DNA of 64,000 nt from Octopus sinensis (Eukaryota): the NCBI RefSeq assembly GCF_006345805.1, contig NC_043016.1:31620001-31684000 (forward strand), given 5' to 3'. Position 1 is the stretch's first letter. Each line of letters begins with the position of its first letter. Under the pieces are notes generated by a model that did not search any database, was not told the DNA's origin, and saw only the letters and a program-made list of their open reading frames with translations. The position numbers and the translations under genes are program-made. This document shows, piece by piece, positions 10,995 through 25,410 of this stretch.

Positions 10995-11625
10995 ATCATC
11001 GTTTAACGCCTGTTTTCCATGCTAGTATGAGTTGGACGGTTCGACCTGGGTCTGGGAAGCCAGGAGGCTGCGCCAGGCTCCAGTCTGATCTGGCAGTGTT
11101 TCTACAGTTTGATGCCCTTCCTAATGCCAACTACTCTGTGAGTGTAGTAGGTGCTTTTTACATGCCACCGCAACAGAGGGACCAGAGGAGGGTGCCAAAC
11201 GGCCACGATCAGTTGGTGCTTTTTAGGTGTCACCAACACGGACACCAGTCAGGCAGCGCTGGCACCAGCCATGTTCGGATGGTGCTTTTTACATGCTACT
11301 GGCATGGGTTTTACAGCTACAATTTCCATTTGTTTATATTTTGATGATGACATACTTGACTCAATAGGTCTCCTCAAGTATAGCAGGTCACCCTACAGTC
11401 TAAGGTTAGCACAGCAGGCCATCCTGCGAGTCATGAACTCACTTCATTTGTCGGGTCTTCGCAGTCACAGCATATCTCAGAGGTCTAAGTCTTTCGTCAT
11501 TTCCTCCGTGAGGCCCAACGTGCCGCTGGCACAGGTATCACAACTACAATATCCATTTGAGTTTAATTTTGCTGTTGATGTACTTGACTCAATAGGCCTC
11601 CTCAAGGACAACAGGCCGTCCTGCA
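10995..11625 (-). mobile_element. RTE LINE 3' UTR/tail copy with short internal duplication
   Basis: CATCGTTTAACG...CTACAG..GATGCCCTTCCTAA.GCCAAC consensus; ACTTGACTCAATAGG.CTCCTCAAG occurs at about 11354 and 11582. Confidence 0.8.
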
Positions 11626-11629
11626 TGCT

Positions 11630-11652
<23 letters not shown>

Positions 11653-11660
<8 letters not shown>

Positions 11661-12134
11661 GAGTAACAAAGATGTACAGGTGTCAATTCATTATGGCCAT
11701 TTCAAGTGACTCCCTTAATTGGTTACTGAAAACATTACATCAATGCAAAGAAGCCATTTTTGTCAGAAGACTGCATAGACTTCAAACACAAAGGACCAAC
11801 TAACTGCTTTAACATATTTGTTTCACCAACTGGAGCTCAAATATTTACATTGATTCTGCTGCTGCTATTTTTTTGCCAAAAAAAATAGCAGGAGAATGTA
11901 AATATTTCTTTGGCAAAGAAATGGCAGCAGAATCAATGTAAATATTTGAGCTCCAGTTAGTGATACAAATATGTTAAAGCAGTTAGTCGGTCCTTTCTGT
12001 TTGAAATCTATGCATTCATCTGACGAAAACGGTTTCTTTGCAATGATGTAATGTTTCCATTAATCAATTAAAGGAATTGCTTGAAACGGCTGTAATGAAT
12101 TGACACTTGCACATCTTCTGTTACTCATTTATAT
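11653..12134. mobile_element. ~480-bp fold-back (long-TIR) non-autonomous DNA element inserted in (TA)n
   Basis: ATATAAATGAGTAAC..AGATGT.CA.GTGTCAATTCATT at the left end is the reverse complement of the right end; the arms pair imperfectly over about 220 bp. Confidence 0.8.
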
Positions 12135-12368
12135 TTTATTCATCTACCCAGGAATCTGCACTTTGGAAATATTAGAGACAGTATTTTTATATAAAGTACA
12201 TGTATAAACAACCAAGAGTTATCTACATATACTGCAAGAATATCAAATGCAAAAACTTCTGCACAGAGTTTGAAATTCATCCGATATTGTTTGGGTGTAC
12301 AAATTAGATAAACCTAACAAGGTGTCTCAATTTAAGTACTTAATTCAATAGAATCTTAATTATATTTT

Positions 12369-12416
<48 letters not shown>

Positions 12417-12424
12417 TATAAATA

Positions 12425-12582
12425 TAGTGGTTGGCGTTAGGAAGGGCATCCAGCTGTAGAAACATTGCCAGATAAGACTGGAGCCTGGTGCAGCCTTCTG
12501 GCTTCCCAGATCCCTGGTCGAACCGTCCAACCCATGCTAGCATGGAGAACGGACGTTAAACGATGATGATGATGATGATGAT
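12425..12582 (+). mobile_element. 5'-truncated RTE tail ending in (GAT)n
   Basis: GTGGTTGGCGTTAGGAAGGGCATCCAGCTGTAG...GGACGTTAAACGATGATGATG. Similar tails at 7300-7435, 24385-24535, 44050-44376, 45525-45710, 48000-48245 (-), 57655-57836 and 60915-61065 (-). Confidence 0.85.
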
Positions 12583-13124
12583 TGGTGAGCAGAGTTACTA
12601 GTTGGAATAACCGTCTAAGGGATAAGAATATCCATTCTTACTACCGGCATCATTTTCCTAATCTATCCTTGGGAGAAGAGTGTTTGTGTTACCAATTTTG
12701 ACCCTCTGCAAAATCCCAAATTTTATTTAATTTGCTTTGCAGGACCAACTGTTTTATTGAAAGCATATATTGTTGTCAAATGCTCAAAATGCGAGATGGA
12801 AAACAGCCAACAACTGATGAAGGGTCGTTCTTTACATTGTTTATTTTGTTTACCATTTGTATCTTTCGTTGTTGGAAAGAATAGTTCCTGTTCCATGTAC
12901 TCGTGCTTCGTATTTTTTTACTGTACATGTTTCGTGACATCCTGTGCTCACATATGCATATATTTATATGTATAGATGCATGTACATATACATATGTATA
13001 ATGCATATATATTATTTATATTATTATATGATGGAACGCCACACATCCGCTTCCAAGTTGTGTGTGTGTGTGTATGTGTGTGTGTATATATATATATATG
13101 TATATACATACATACATCTTTTAT

Positions 13125-13455
13125 TGTTTGTTTTAGCGATTTGACTTTTGTATTGCTGGAGTACTGCCCTGAAATTTTAGTCAAATGTATTGACCCCAGT
13201 ACACATTTTTATATTTTTTAAAGTCTGGAACTTACTCTATCGGACTCTTTTGCTGAACCACCAAGTCACGGGGCTGTAAACACCAGCACCAGTTGTCAGG
13301 CAGCTTTGGAGGACAACTACAGACACAAATACATACACATATATTCGATGGGCTTCGTTCAGTTTCCATCCACCAAATCCACTCACAAGGCTTTGGTCAG
13401 TCCAAGGTTATAGTAGAAGACACTTGCCCAAGGTGCCATGCAATGGGACTAACCT
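13125..13455 (-). mobile_element. SINE family A copy
   Basis: Reverse complement of the family A 3' module and body. Confidence 0.75.
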
Positions 13456-13479
13456 GGAATCACACAAATTTTGTGTGTT

Positions 13480-14980
<1,501 letters not shown>

Positions 14981-14999
14981 ATATATATATTCACTGTAT

Positions 15000-15290
15000 A
15001 GTTATGGCACCAGATATATGGAATTGTAAGGTACAGGTTTCAATTCTCTGTTGAGGCTTGCTGGTCACTTTTCAGTCTGATAGGTTTCTGGTTGAGTTTG
15101 TGGCAGTGGAGACCTCCAGCATTCTCAGTCCCTGGTCACCACTATTTAAGTGGAGATGGCTATCTGCATGTGCAGGCTCCATGAGTCAGAGTTCCAGTGC
15201 ATCTTCCTCCTCATCATCCAAGGCAACACCTTTTCCATTTTGTTTGCTGGAACCATGTGAATTACAGAAAATTGTACGTTCCACTCCTTA
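15000..15290 (-). mobile_element. Degenerate LINE apurinic-endonuclease fragment
   Basis: Minus frame ...TIFCNSHGSSKQNGKGVALDDEE...SKPQQRIE...ITIQ with stops resembles the RTE APE N-terminus. Confidence 0.35.
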
Positions 15291-15334
15291 ATGTAAAGTT
15301 ACTCCATATAAATTGCTCAGTGTGTGTGTGTTTT

Positions 15335-15710
15335 ACGTGTTTCAGTCATTAGACTGAGGCCATGCTGGAGCACCACCTTCAACTTTTAGCCTAATGAACC
15401 GACTCCAGTATTTAATTTTTTGTAAGCCTGGTATTTATTCAATCGGTCTCTTTTGCTGAACTGCTAAGTTATGGGGGACACAAACACACCAATACTAGTT
15501 GTCAAGAAATGGGTGTGAGACAAACACAGACATAAAAAGACACACACACAGAGCTATATACATACATACAAGGGCTTCTTTCAGTTTCCATCTGCCAAAC
15601 CCACTCACAAGGCTTTGGTTGGCCTGAGGCTACAGTAAAAGACACTTGCCCAAGGTGTTATGCAGTGGGACTAAACCCAGAACCATGTGGTTGGGAAGCA
15701 AACTTAGAAG
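15335..15710 (-). mobile_element. SINE family A copy
   Basis: Reverse complement of the family A consensus. Confidence 0.8.
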
Positions 15711-18263
15711 CACACAAAAAGTAATTTGTATTTTTAAGCATTACGTAACATACGTGCATATTTTATGAAGCTTAAACATGCCAGTTTTTTTGGGGTTTTT
15801 TTAGTTTCTAGTAACTCGGTGGCAGAAATCTGCATGTATGTATTATTTGTTTTTAATGGTGGAACTCAAAATAGATAAAGCTATAAATAATGGCAAGTAA
15901 AATGTTAGGTTGAAAAAAAAAACCCCTTGGATAGGGAAAAAGTCATGGTTCACTTGTGGAACTTGAACCTACACCTTCTATGAACACGACAGACACGGTA
16001 CAAATTATACCAAAACAACACTTCGAATTTTTCCCATTTTTTCTATCCATGTCTTAAAATATATTCTACGTTTTCTTCTCCGACTTCCAATGTTAAAAGC
16101 GATTCATTTCAATCTCTAGAAGGTTCTTCTTTTTCTATTATTATTATGTAAACAGGATGCCATTTTTCCTTATAAGAACGAAACTTCTAAAATGATAGAA
16201 AAAATTTGAAGTGTTATATTGGAATAATGCTAGCAGATCTGTGATGTTCACAGATGTGGGTCCAAATCCCAGTCAGCATTTAACTTCTTTCCCCACCCGC
16301 CGCCAAGGAGTTTTTTAACCCAATATTCTGCATGATGCTATATATATATATAGCTTTTCTACTTTGATTTCCCAGTGTTAAAAACAATTTCATATCTCAA
16401 AGTTTCAAAAATCTTATGATGTAAGAGTGTGTATATTCCACAAACTACGTATATGGCTTTCTTCATGACTAAACAATAACTCAGTACATATGGATAAAGT
16501 ATAATACTTAAGCTCTTTTTTTTTTCCTTTTCCTAATACAGAAGTCAACTGTGATATCGAAATTTTGTGGATAAAAGTTTGACAACCTTCCACGGCGAAA
16601 CCAAACACAGTCGAACTTTTGGTATTTGTATGTACACACACACATTCACGTGTTTGGTTTTCAGTTGAAGAGATTCTTCTGCATTGTTTAACCTTTGTTT
16701 CGTATTTATCTGCTTTTATGTTGTTCTACGTATTACAAAAACTTAGCGAGCACTTTGTAGAATATCAGTCGGAGTTGGTTTCATTCAACGTTTGCTTTCA
16801 ATATCAAATATTTCTGACTTACTTCACGGCACCCTTGACTGGACAACCAAAGCATTGTGACAGGATTTTGGTTAACGACAAGTGAAAAAAACAGTCGTAT
16901 AATAAATGTATAGGCAGTCTTTTGGTATGTACGATTAACAAATACCGAAAGATTGTGTGTGTGTGTGTGTATTTAAAAAAAAAAACAAGCTACAGCCTTG
17001 TTCAAAACTCATCGGACTCTTTCTGATATATGTTATAGTGACAATATGCGTGTGGTTTTGATCCACCACTGTTGCTTGACAACCAAGGTTGGTTTGTTTA
17101 CGTTCCCGTAAATTAGCAGGTCATCGAAAGAAACCAATACAACATGTACCAGGATTAAAAATAAATAGTCTCGTTCAACTATAAACCTTTCAGAGCGGTG
17201 CCCCCCAGCACGGCCGCAGTACAATAATAGAAACAAAAAGATAAAAGATATGTGTGTGTGTATGTCTGTCACTTCTTTTAGATTTGTATGAGCCTTAACA
17301 TTTATGTATGGCTGTCTAACACTTGTAAACAAAAACGAAATGATTCAGTACTTTTCTTTTCTTTTTAAACTGCGTAAAATTTTAAGACATCCGCGACCAC
17401 ACACACACACACACACACACTTCACAGACAATGAACTTCCAAAAAGTTTTTTTTTTTTCCGCCTAGTTTTCATATCAACAATGTTTTTTTTCCCCCCCCC
17501 CCCCAACATAAAAAGGTTGTTATCTTAAAATTAAAATTGGATTTGTATAAGCTTTGAAAACATAATTTTTCTTTTAAATGAAAAAAAGTTAGTGGTCTTG
17601 AAACGAAGATTAAAATGTCAAATGTAATTATGTCTGTCAGAAAGTGTTTATACAGGACTGTGCAGGTGATAGACACGAGTTACTAATTACCACACTTCTA
17701 TAACCTAACTATTCTTTGCAGGTAGATTATTCTATAAATTTAGATCTTAAGAAATTACATTTTAAAGTAAGTAAATGTATAGGATATTACCTTTGTTTAA
17801 ATAATTAAGCTGTGGGAGAAAAAAAAAATCGGTAAATCTCCACCCCCAAATCACATCATTGCTCAGTTCGTTTTAGCGAGCTCTGTTGAAGCTATACAGG
17901 AACAACACAAAATTAATGTCGACAACCAATAAATAATGTTTTGATTTAAAATAAAATGACTATTGAGAAATGTGTACAGTTTTCAAGGGCTTTAAAAGAA
18001 AATTGATTTTATAAAATACTCGTCAACACATGATTTGGAAGGAAATACGATATGAAAAGATGTAATATAAATACAACACGTACATTTGAATAAAATGCCT
18101 GGAAGCGTGTATAATATATAAAGTCCCACGATGAAAGAAATTAAGCGTGTGCATCAAATAATCAACATTATAAACACATCAACGCATATGTTTTAAGCAA
18201 ATCAACACCAGCGCTAGATATATACGCGCATAATTATAAATATATATAGATATATATATACAT

Positions 18264-18325
<62 letters not shown>

Positions 18326-18659
18326 GTATATAAATTCATACACATATATATGTATGTTATAATTTTGGATGTAAAAATGGTTAAATATGTAAACACTGAC
18401 CATAGAAATAAATGTTACCTCATTCAGGATGCACCCATCTATGCTGTTTCCTCACTATTTATATTTGTTTACTTACACATACATATACACACTCTTTCTC
18501 TCTATATAATTATGTGTGTGTGTATGTATGCATGTATGCGTATATTAATTTAAATGCGTGTGTATGTATCTATATCTATCTGTCTGTATATATATATATC
18601 TATGAATGTGTCAGTAAAATATCATGTGATGAGAAACTTATCTCCCTTGTTTTAAGTCG

Positions 18660-18842
18660 CTGACACGTTCCATATCCGCTTATGGCGCTGCAAACCTCAC
18701 TCGATTATCTCCGTCATAACCCGTCCCTCCCCGCCGCCGCCACGCTCCGTATAAATACCGACACCGAATCGCGCCAGTGCAATTTGTTTTCGTGTTGACG
18801 GACTTTGTCGAGGCGTCGTCGCTTGTAATTGTCGGGTAACGT
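18660..18842 (+). promoter_or_regulatory. CpG-rich pol II core promoter: TATA box, Inr-like site, short non-coding exon 1 and 5' splice donor
   Basis: A GC/CpG-dense patch in an otherwise AT-rich window; TATAAATA at 18750-18757, GCCAGT Inr-like site at 18773-18778, donor GG|GTAACG at 18835/18836, and no ATG in the putative exon. Confidence 0.6.
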
Positions 18843-19592
18843 TCAAATTACGTTGTTGTCTTAATCCTCTTATTATTCCTCTATCACTGGTGTCAAGGAA
18901 TAATTAACAGCAATAATGCAAATGGTATACAAAATTCACCTTGCGAGTAATTAACAACAACTATATTCTTATGTATGCAATAAAGTTTCTTTCGCACTGT
19001 TATAAAAAGAAAAAATAACATTTAAGAAATTTCTAATTTGGTTATGGTTTTCATTTTATCTTGGGGTAGAGGTCTCAGTCATTTTATTATTCATTTTCAT
19101 ACATGTTTCTTCATATTATTATTATTATTATTTTATTCTTGCGAAGCTTTTATTTAGCACACATATAAAATTATTTTTTGTTTTGTTTTGTTTTTCTATA
19201 GCACTTCAATCACTAACCACTTGCCGTCCACTTGTCCACTTTAATCAAGCACTTTGCTGAACACGCCACGCATAAACAGTTGATGATTGTACAATCAAAG
19301 ATATAATCTGTAATATATATAATGATCTAAGTACTTTTGCCCATTGTTTTAGAGGCAATATATTGCTATAAACACATTTTTGTTACTTATCTTGCGTTTC
19401 ATTTTGTTTTCTTTTGTTTATATATTTTATTCATATATTTGCCCCAGTGCATTTTGTATTATTTGTCAACTACTTATAGTCCTTGAATTGATTTGCGATT
19501 TTTTTCTATATATATATATCATGCTCTCTCTCTCTATCTATCTATCTACCTAATGCATAAGGTGTTTTCAACAGCTCCGGCTTGAACTGCAA

Positions 19593-19656
19593 ATGAAAGT
19601 GTGATGTTGCGACTTCTAGCCGCCTCTGATCGGCAGTCTCAACATCACACTTTCAT
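19593..19656. ncRNA. Candidate pre-miRNA-like hairpin
   Basis: ATGAAAGTGTGATGTTG-C-GACT-TCTA-GCCG[CCTCTGAT]CGGC-AGTC-T-CAACATCACACTTTCAT: a 17-bp perfect stem plus 8 bp upper stem and 8-nt loop, 64 nt, single copy in the window. Confidence 0.4.
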
Positions 19657-19864
19657 ATATTTATATTGAGGTGAAGTGGATGTAGATACCGTTAATCGCT
19701 CAAGTAACCAATCTGAGACATATGACAAATCGGCTCGTTGATAGCAGCTTGGATCCAGTTCCTGGTTGAAGCTAATTCATTTTTATTTATATTCTACGAA
19801 CTGCCTTGAAAAATTATCACAGTTGCATACTTGTCTAAATTACAAAGCAGTTTTATTGACCGAG

Positions 19865-20230
19865 GCGCAAGCATGGCAGTGTGATAAGAAGTTGGCTTTC
19901 CAACTACATGATTCTGAGTTCAATCTCAATGTATGACATTGAGCAAGTATCTTCTACTATTGCCCTGGGGTCAACCAAAGCTTTGTAAGTGGACTTGGTC
20001 GACGGAAACTGAGAAGAAGCCCGCTTTGAGTGTGTGAGTGTGTGTATTTCTTTCTCAACACCGCTTGACAACTGGTGGTTTTGTTTACGTCCCCGTACTT
20101 AGCGATCGAGCCAAAAAAAAAAACGAAGTACCAAACCTTAAAAATACCGAGGTCGATTCGTTCGACTAAAACCTGTCAGGGAGGTGTCCAAGCATGGCCG
20201 CAATCATTAACTGAGATCAGTAACAGATAA
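19865..20230 (+). mobile_element. SINE family A copy (CpG-retaining)
   Basis: Family A consensus with many intact CG dinucleotides. Confidence 0.75.
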
Positions 20231-21734
20231 AAAAAAAATACCCCTAATGGTTCCGATTTTAATTCTGCATTTACACACGCACACAATTCTATTCGCTTCT
20301 AGGATGTCTCGTCAACTATATATGTATGCAATGCTGCGTTAGCGGTGTTTTGAAGAGAATCTTGCTGTTATTTCTAGCATGGCGCACGACGGCGTTATGT
20401 TGTATTAACTCATGTCAGCCTGGATAGTGAGCACCTTCTGCCCTCGCTTCAAATCTATGTCAGCTCCCCTTTGAGTGATGTGGAGTTATCCTCGGTCTCA
20501 CTCCAAACATTTACAGGTGTTATTGTGCTGCCTTTTTTGTCAACATATGAAAGTGTTTCGTTGTGCATGCATTTAAAGGTTGAATGAATTGTAACATGGG
20601 ACTGACACACCCCTTTTTAAAGAAGTAATATACCTTTAAGTACATTATCTAATGCGTTGTTTTTTAAATGGTAGGGTGTGGTTTTGAGGAGAATTTGGCT
20701 GCTGTTTCTAGTGGACGAGAACCGGCTAACTTTTTCGTTCGCTTTTCTAAATCATCCCCGATAGAGTTATCAAAAGTATTCTATTCATAGTCTTCCCATT
20801 TTTTCCCCTATCTTCGTGTACTTTAGATTGCATTATTCAATGAGCATCTGTTTTAAGATAAGGTATGAATTGATGGTATTTAAGCTGCTTTTTGTACAAA
20901 AAGTACGTCATATGACTGCATAGAAGCTTCTTGTTGGCTTTATTACCCTTTGTTATAACACCAAGACACCTCCGAACTGAGCAGACCAATGATCAAAAGT
21001 TTTCCAATCTTGTCTAAAGTATTCCTTTAGAGGCGTTGAGGATTACATTAATGTCCTTCCATTTTTTAGTCTTTTTTTTAAAAAAAAAAAAAGATTGCGG
21101 AATATTTATTATTTCAGGGAAACAAAGTGTCGTGTGTGGACTGTAATCTGCATTACGTTAGAATTAAGATTATTGTTTTTAAAGCAATAATTCTGACCAA
21201 AAATGAAAGGTTTTGGTGGGTTTTCTTTTCTTAATTCTGTAAATTTTCGAATCCATTAAGATGCATAAATGAATGCGAACATAAATTTGATTGAATATCC
21301 CATTTCAAATATAAAATAACTGTTAGCAGAGAAGAAACATGTTTTATATTACGTGCATAGACATGCGTACACAATAAGGGAGACGTTTAAACCCAGATCC
21401 ACTCTGATCAAGGAAACTTATGATCAAAGGAGTTCTAACCACGACCACCTGACGTTTATCTCAGACATCTACATTGTCCAATGTGTCCTTTTTTAAAAGG
21501 TGAGGATAAGGTTTGAGAGATTTACTTACTATTTTTAGCAGCGGGTACAGCCACTAAGAGGCCTTAATTGGTTCGGTGAAGGTACTATTAATGAATAAAA
21601 ATGAGCTTGATATATAGTGCTTAGTTGCATTACTTTTTGGAAAGGTGAACAGGATACAGCAAATCAAGTAAAAATAAGACTAACGACAACCATTGTCGTT
21701 AGAATAAGATGGAAAAAGAAAGAATAGTGAACAG

Positions 21735-22110
21735 GCAGGAGTGACTGTGTGGTAAATAGCTTGCTTACCAACCACATGGTTCCAGGTGCAATTCCACTGC
21801 ATGGCACCTTGGGCAAGTGTCTTCTATAATAGCCTCGCGTCGACCAAAGCCTTGTGGATGGATTTGATTGACGGAAACTGAAAGAAGCCCTTCGTATATT
21901 TATGTGTATATGTATGTCTGTGTTTGTGCCCCCTTCATTGCTTGACAACTGATGTTGGTGTGTTTATGTCCCCATAAATTAGCAGTCCAGCAAAAGAGAG
22001 CTATAGAATAAGTACTAGGCTTACATAGAATAAGTCCTGGGTTTGATTTGTTTGACTAAAGACAGTGCTCCAGCATGGCCTCAGTTAGATGGCTGAAACA
22101 AGTAAAAGAA
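21735..22110 (+). mobile_element. SINE family A copy
   Basis: Family A head, body and 3' module. Confidence 0.8.
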
Positions 22111-22569
22111 GCATAGAGGAAAGGGGTGCATAGGCACATTAGCAGTGTTAGCAAATTTGAGGAAACAATTTTTGAAAGATGCAAGTGTGTTGACAATTTA
22201 AAACTGATGAGAGCAGTTTATTTCATGCTTCAACAATACTCGATGAGAATGCGACAATGTATGAACTTTAAAAAAAAATCTTCATTACATAAAAATTGAG
22301 AAAATTGAATTTTAAGTAAAGATAATCGTTTTTGTTGGTTTTGAAGTCTTAAGTGTACTAAACAGGTGGATGTTTTCAATGGTGAATATTTACACGTAAC
22401 AAAATCAAATTTAAACTTTTCCAAAATAATTGATAGGTTTCTCATTTAGGATCCAGATTGATAAAGGAAAACCAGGTTTTGGGAGTATGCTCTCCTTAAT
22501 AAGAAACCAAAATAAATTATATCACTATAGCAAAACTCATCTTTTATACCTTTATATATATATATATAT

Positions 22570-23105
22570 TACTTGTTTCAGTCATTAGACTGCTGCTATG
22601 CTGGGGAACTGCCTGGAGGAATTTTTAGTCAAACGAATGGACTCTGGCACTTATTCTTATTTTTAAGCCCAGTTCTTATTTCATTGGTCTCTTTGTTGAA
22701 TGGCTAAGTTACAGGTGACATAAACTCACTGATACTAGTTGTTAAGAGGTGGTAGTTGGGGAAGGGGTTCAAACACACACACACACATATATGTATATAT
22801 ATATATATATCCTCGTTGCTTATTTTGATTATAATCACCCCATTTGATTTATATGGATAATACCATACAAAATTCTGCTGCCTTTAACTTAAGTACCATA
22901 TTCATCTGAATCTAAATTTTGCTGAACTTATACTACCATACTATAAGTATATGATGGGCTTCTTTCAGTTTCAGTCTACCGAATCCACTCACAAGGCTTT
23001 GGTTGGCCCAGGGTTATAGTAGTAGACAGGTGCCCAGAGTACCATGAAGTGGGACTGAACTCAGAACTATGTGGTTGGGAAGCAAACTTGTTAACCCAGC
23101 CATAT
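22570..23105 (-). mobile_element. SINE family A copy with internal insertion
   Basis: Reverse-complement 3' module at 22570-22760 and body/head at 22955-23105. Confidence 0.7.
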
Positions 23106-24869
23106 ATGTAAGGAACGTTTTTAAAATGTATTTATATAAATAAGAATATTCAAGAGCACATTTTTATTTTTAATTTATTGTCCCGTTAGTAGGGTTTAGA
23201 CAGTTTGGCTATTGACATGAGTAGTTAACCATGAAACTAAGCAAACTGTTTTTGAAACAAATCTACATTACACATTCATTATTGAAGTTTTAAGATGTGT
23301 GTGTGTGCATGCTTTTCCTCTCCCCTCACCATGAACTTCATAAACAAGATTAGTACCTATAGAAAATTTTTTGCGCAGTAATTTTCCCTTTCAAAAGGAA
23401 AACTAAATTGAAGAAGAAAAGAAAAGGCCAAATTAATGATTAATTAGTATGTGTTGTGGGAAATTCAGTTAATGACTGTGTTTATGGGAGTTTGAGAAAA
23501 AGGTGATGAGAGCCGTTTCAGGGAATGTTGTAGAACAAGGTGAATAGAAAAAAAAGTTAATCCCAACCACTTCAGCATTGTTATACAATGATTTTTGTTT
23601 CTCAAAATAAAACAATTCAGACACTAAATTTGAGAACAAAGCTATTTTTATTAGTTGCTTGTTTTATCATAAATGCTTATTGTTGCACAGAATCGATGGA
23701 TTCCTAACGTTCTTATGAGTGTATGACTTTCATCCTTTGTTTCATTCTGCTGTAGAATGAACCGATCAGTTGCACAGCATATTGCCCATCTATTTTATCT
23801 CTCCTATAACATCCAGCATCTTGAGATTTTATCACGCAACTTTTTCTTGCATCTTCAGCCTTTCTTCTGTGTGTATAGTTACTCTCAATGTATGGCATCA
23901 TTTTGCACTGCAATCATCATCATTCTCATTCATGTCATTTTTTCTATGTGTTTCAGTTGATATCCTTAATTCTTAGATACTGTACAAACTCGTTCTCACT
24001 CAACATATCTGAAAAATTTATGTTTGGCATTCTTTGGAAAACCAGTAGTCATTGTTTTTTTTGTTTTAAATATTCTAAAAGTTTTTAGCATATTTCAAAA
24101 CTTTCACTTACATTACCAGAATTTATGACAGATGACAATTTAAATTATTTACATTATTTACATTTGACGGATATTTGTCAGATGTAAATAATTCCTTATC
24201 TCTTAAATACAGAACTGAACAATTTAAATGATGTTTATCATCAGTGTTATAATAAATGCAGGCATGGATGGGTGGTTAACAAGTTTAGTTCAGTCCCATT
24301 GTGTAGCACCTTAAGCAGGTGTCTTTTGTAACCCTGGGTCAGTCAAATTTTTGTGTGTGTATATGGTAAATGTACACAGAAGAAATCCGGCCATGGCATC
24401 AGGAAGAGCATCCAGCAATAAAAACCTTGCCAGATCAGATTGGAGCCTAGTGCAGCCTCCTGGCTTGCCAGTCCTCAGTCAAACTGTCCAACCCATGCCA
24501 GCATGAATAGCAGACGTTAAATGATGATGATGATTTTGTATTATTAGGTTAAAAACGTTGTAACATGCATTCAAGAACTCTTATGACATTATTTGGTTAC
24601 CACATGTCATTCTACAGTAGGATATTTTCCAGGGTTGAATACACATATAGAACTCCTCCATGCATAAGATTAACCCATGAATAATGTAACATGAAGGTGG
24701 AGGATATCCGGCTTTAATAGAAAGATCACTGCATGTTTCTGCTCCACACACCAGTTTTAAGTTGGTGAGTTCATATTCGTATACAAGATGATTGTTTCTA
24801 ATTACTATATGTTTGAATTAATAATTATAGTAATTATAACGAGTAATCTTGTATAATGGTATATTCTTT

Positions 24870-25410
24870 CTTTTATTCTTGTTTCAGTCATGTGGCCATG
24901 CTGGAGCATCGCCTTTAGTTGAGCGAATCGACCCCGGGACTTATTCTTTGTAAGCCTAGTACTTATTCTATAAGTCTCTTTTGCCGAATTGCTAAGTTAT
25001 GGGAAACGTAAACACACCAGCATTGGTTGTCAAGCAATGTTGGGGGGACAAACACACAAACATATACATACACATACATATATATATATATATATATGTC
25101 CCCGTCACTTAGCGGTTCGGCAAAAAGAGACCGATAGAATAAGTACTGGGCTTACAAAGAATAAGTTCCAGGGTCGATTTGCTCTACTAAAGGCGGTGCT
25201 CCAGCATGGCCGCAGTCAAATGATTGAAACAAGTACAAAAAAAAAAAATATACAATGGGCTTCTTTCAGTTTTCATCTGCTAAATCCACTCACAAGACTT
25301 TGGTTGGCCCGAGGCTATAGTAGAAGACACTTGCCCAAGATGTCACACAGTGGGATTGAACCAGGGACCATGTGGTTGGTAGGCAGGCTACTTTCTACAT
25401 AGCTACTCCT
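24870..25410 (-). mobile_element. SINE family A copy with inverted 3'-module fragment
   Basis: Minus-strand 3' module at 24870-25060, plus-strand 3' module at 25098-25240, and minus-strand body/head at 25255-25410. Confidence 0.7.

Noticed and set aside
16541-16620. Plus-strand exon-like segment with strong polypyrimidine acceptor
   Set aside because: Stops in all three frames, weak donor, and it lies upstream of the candidate promoter.
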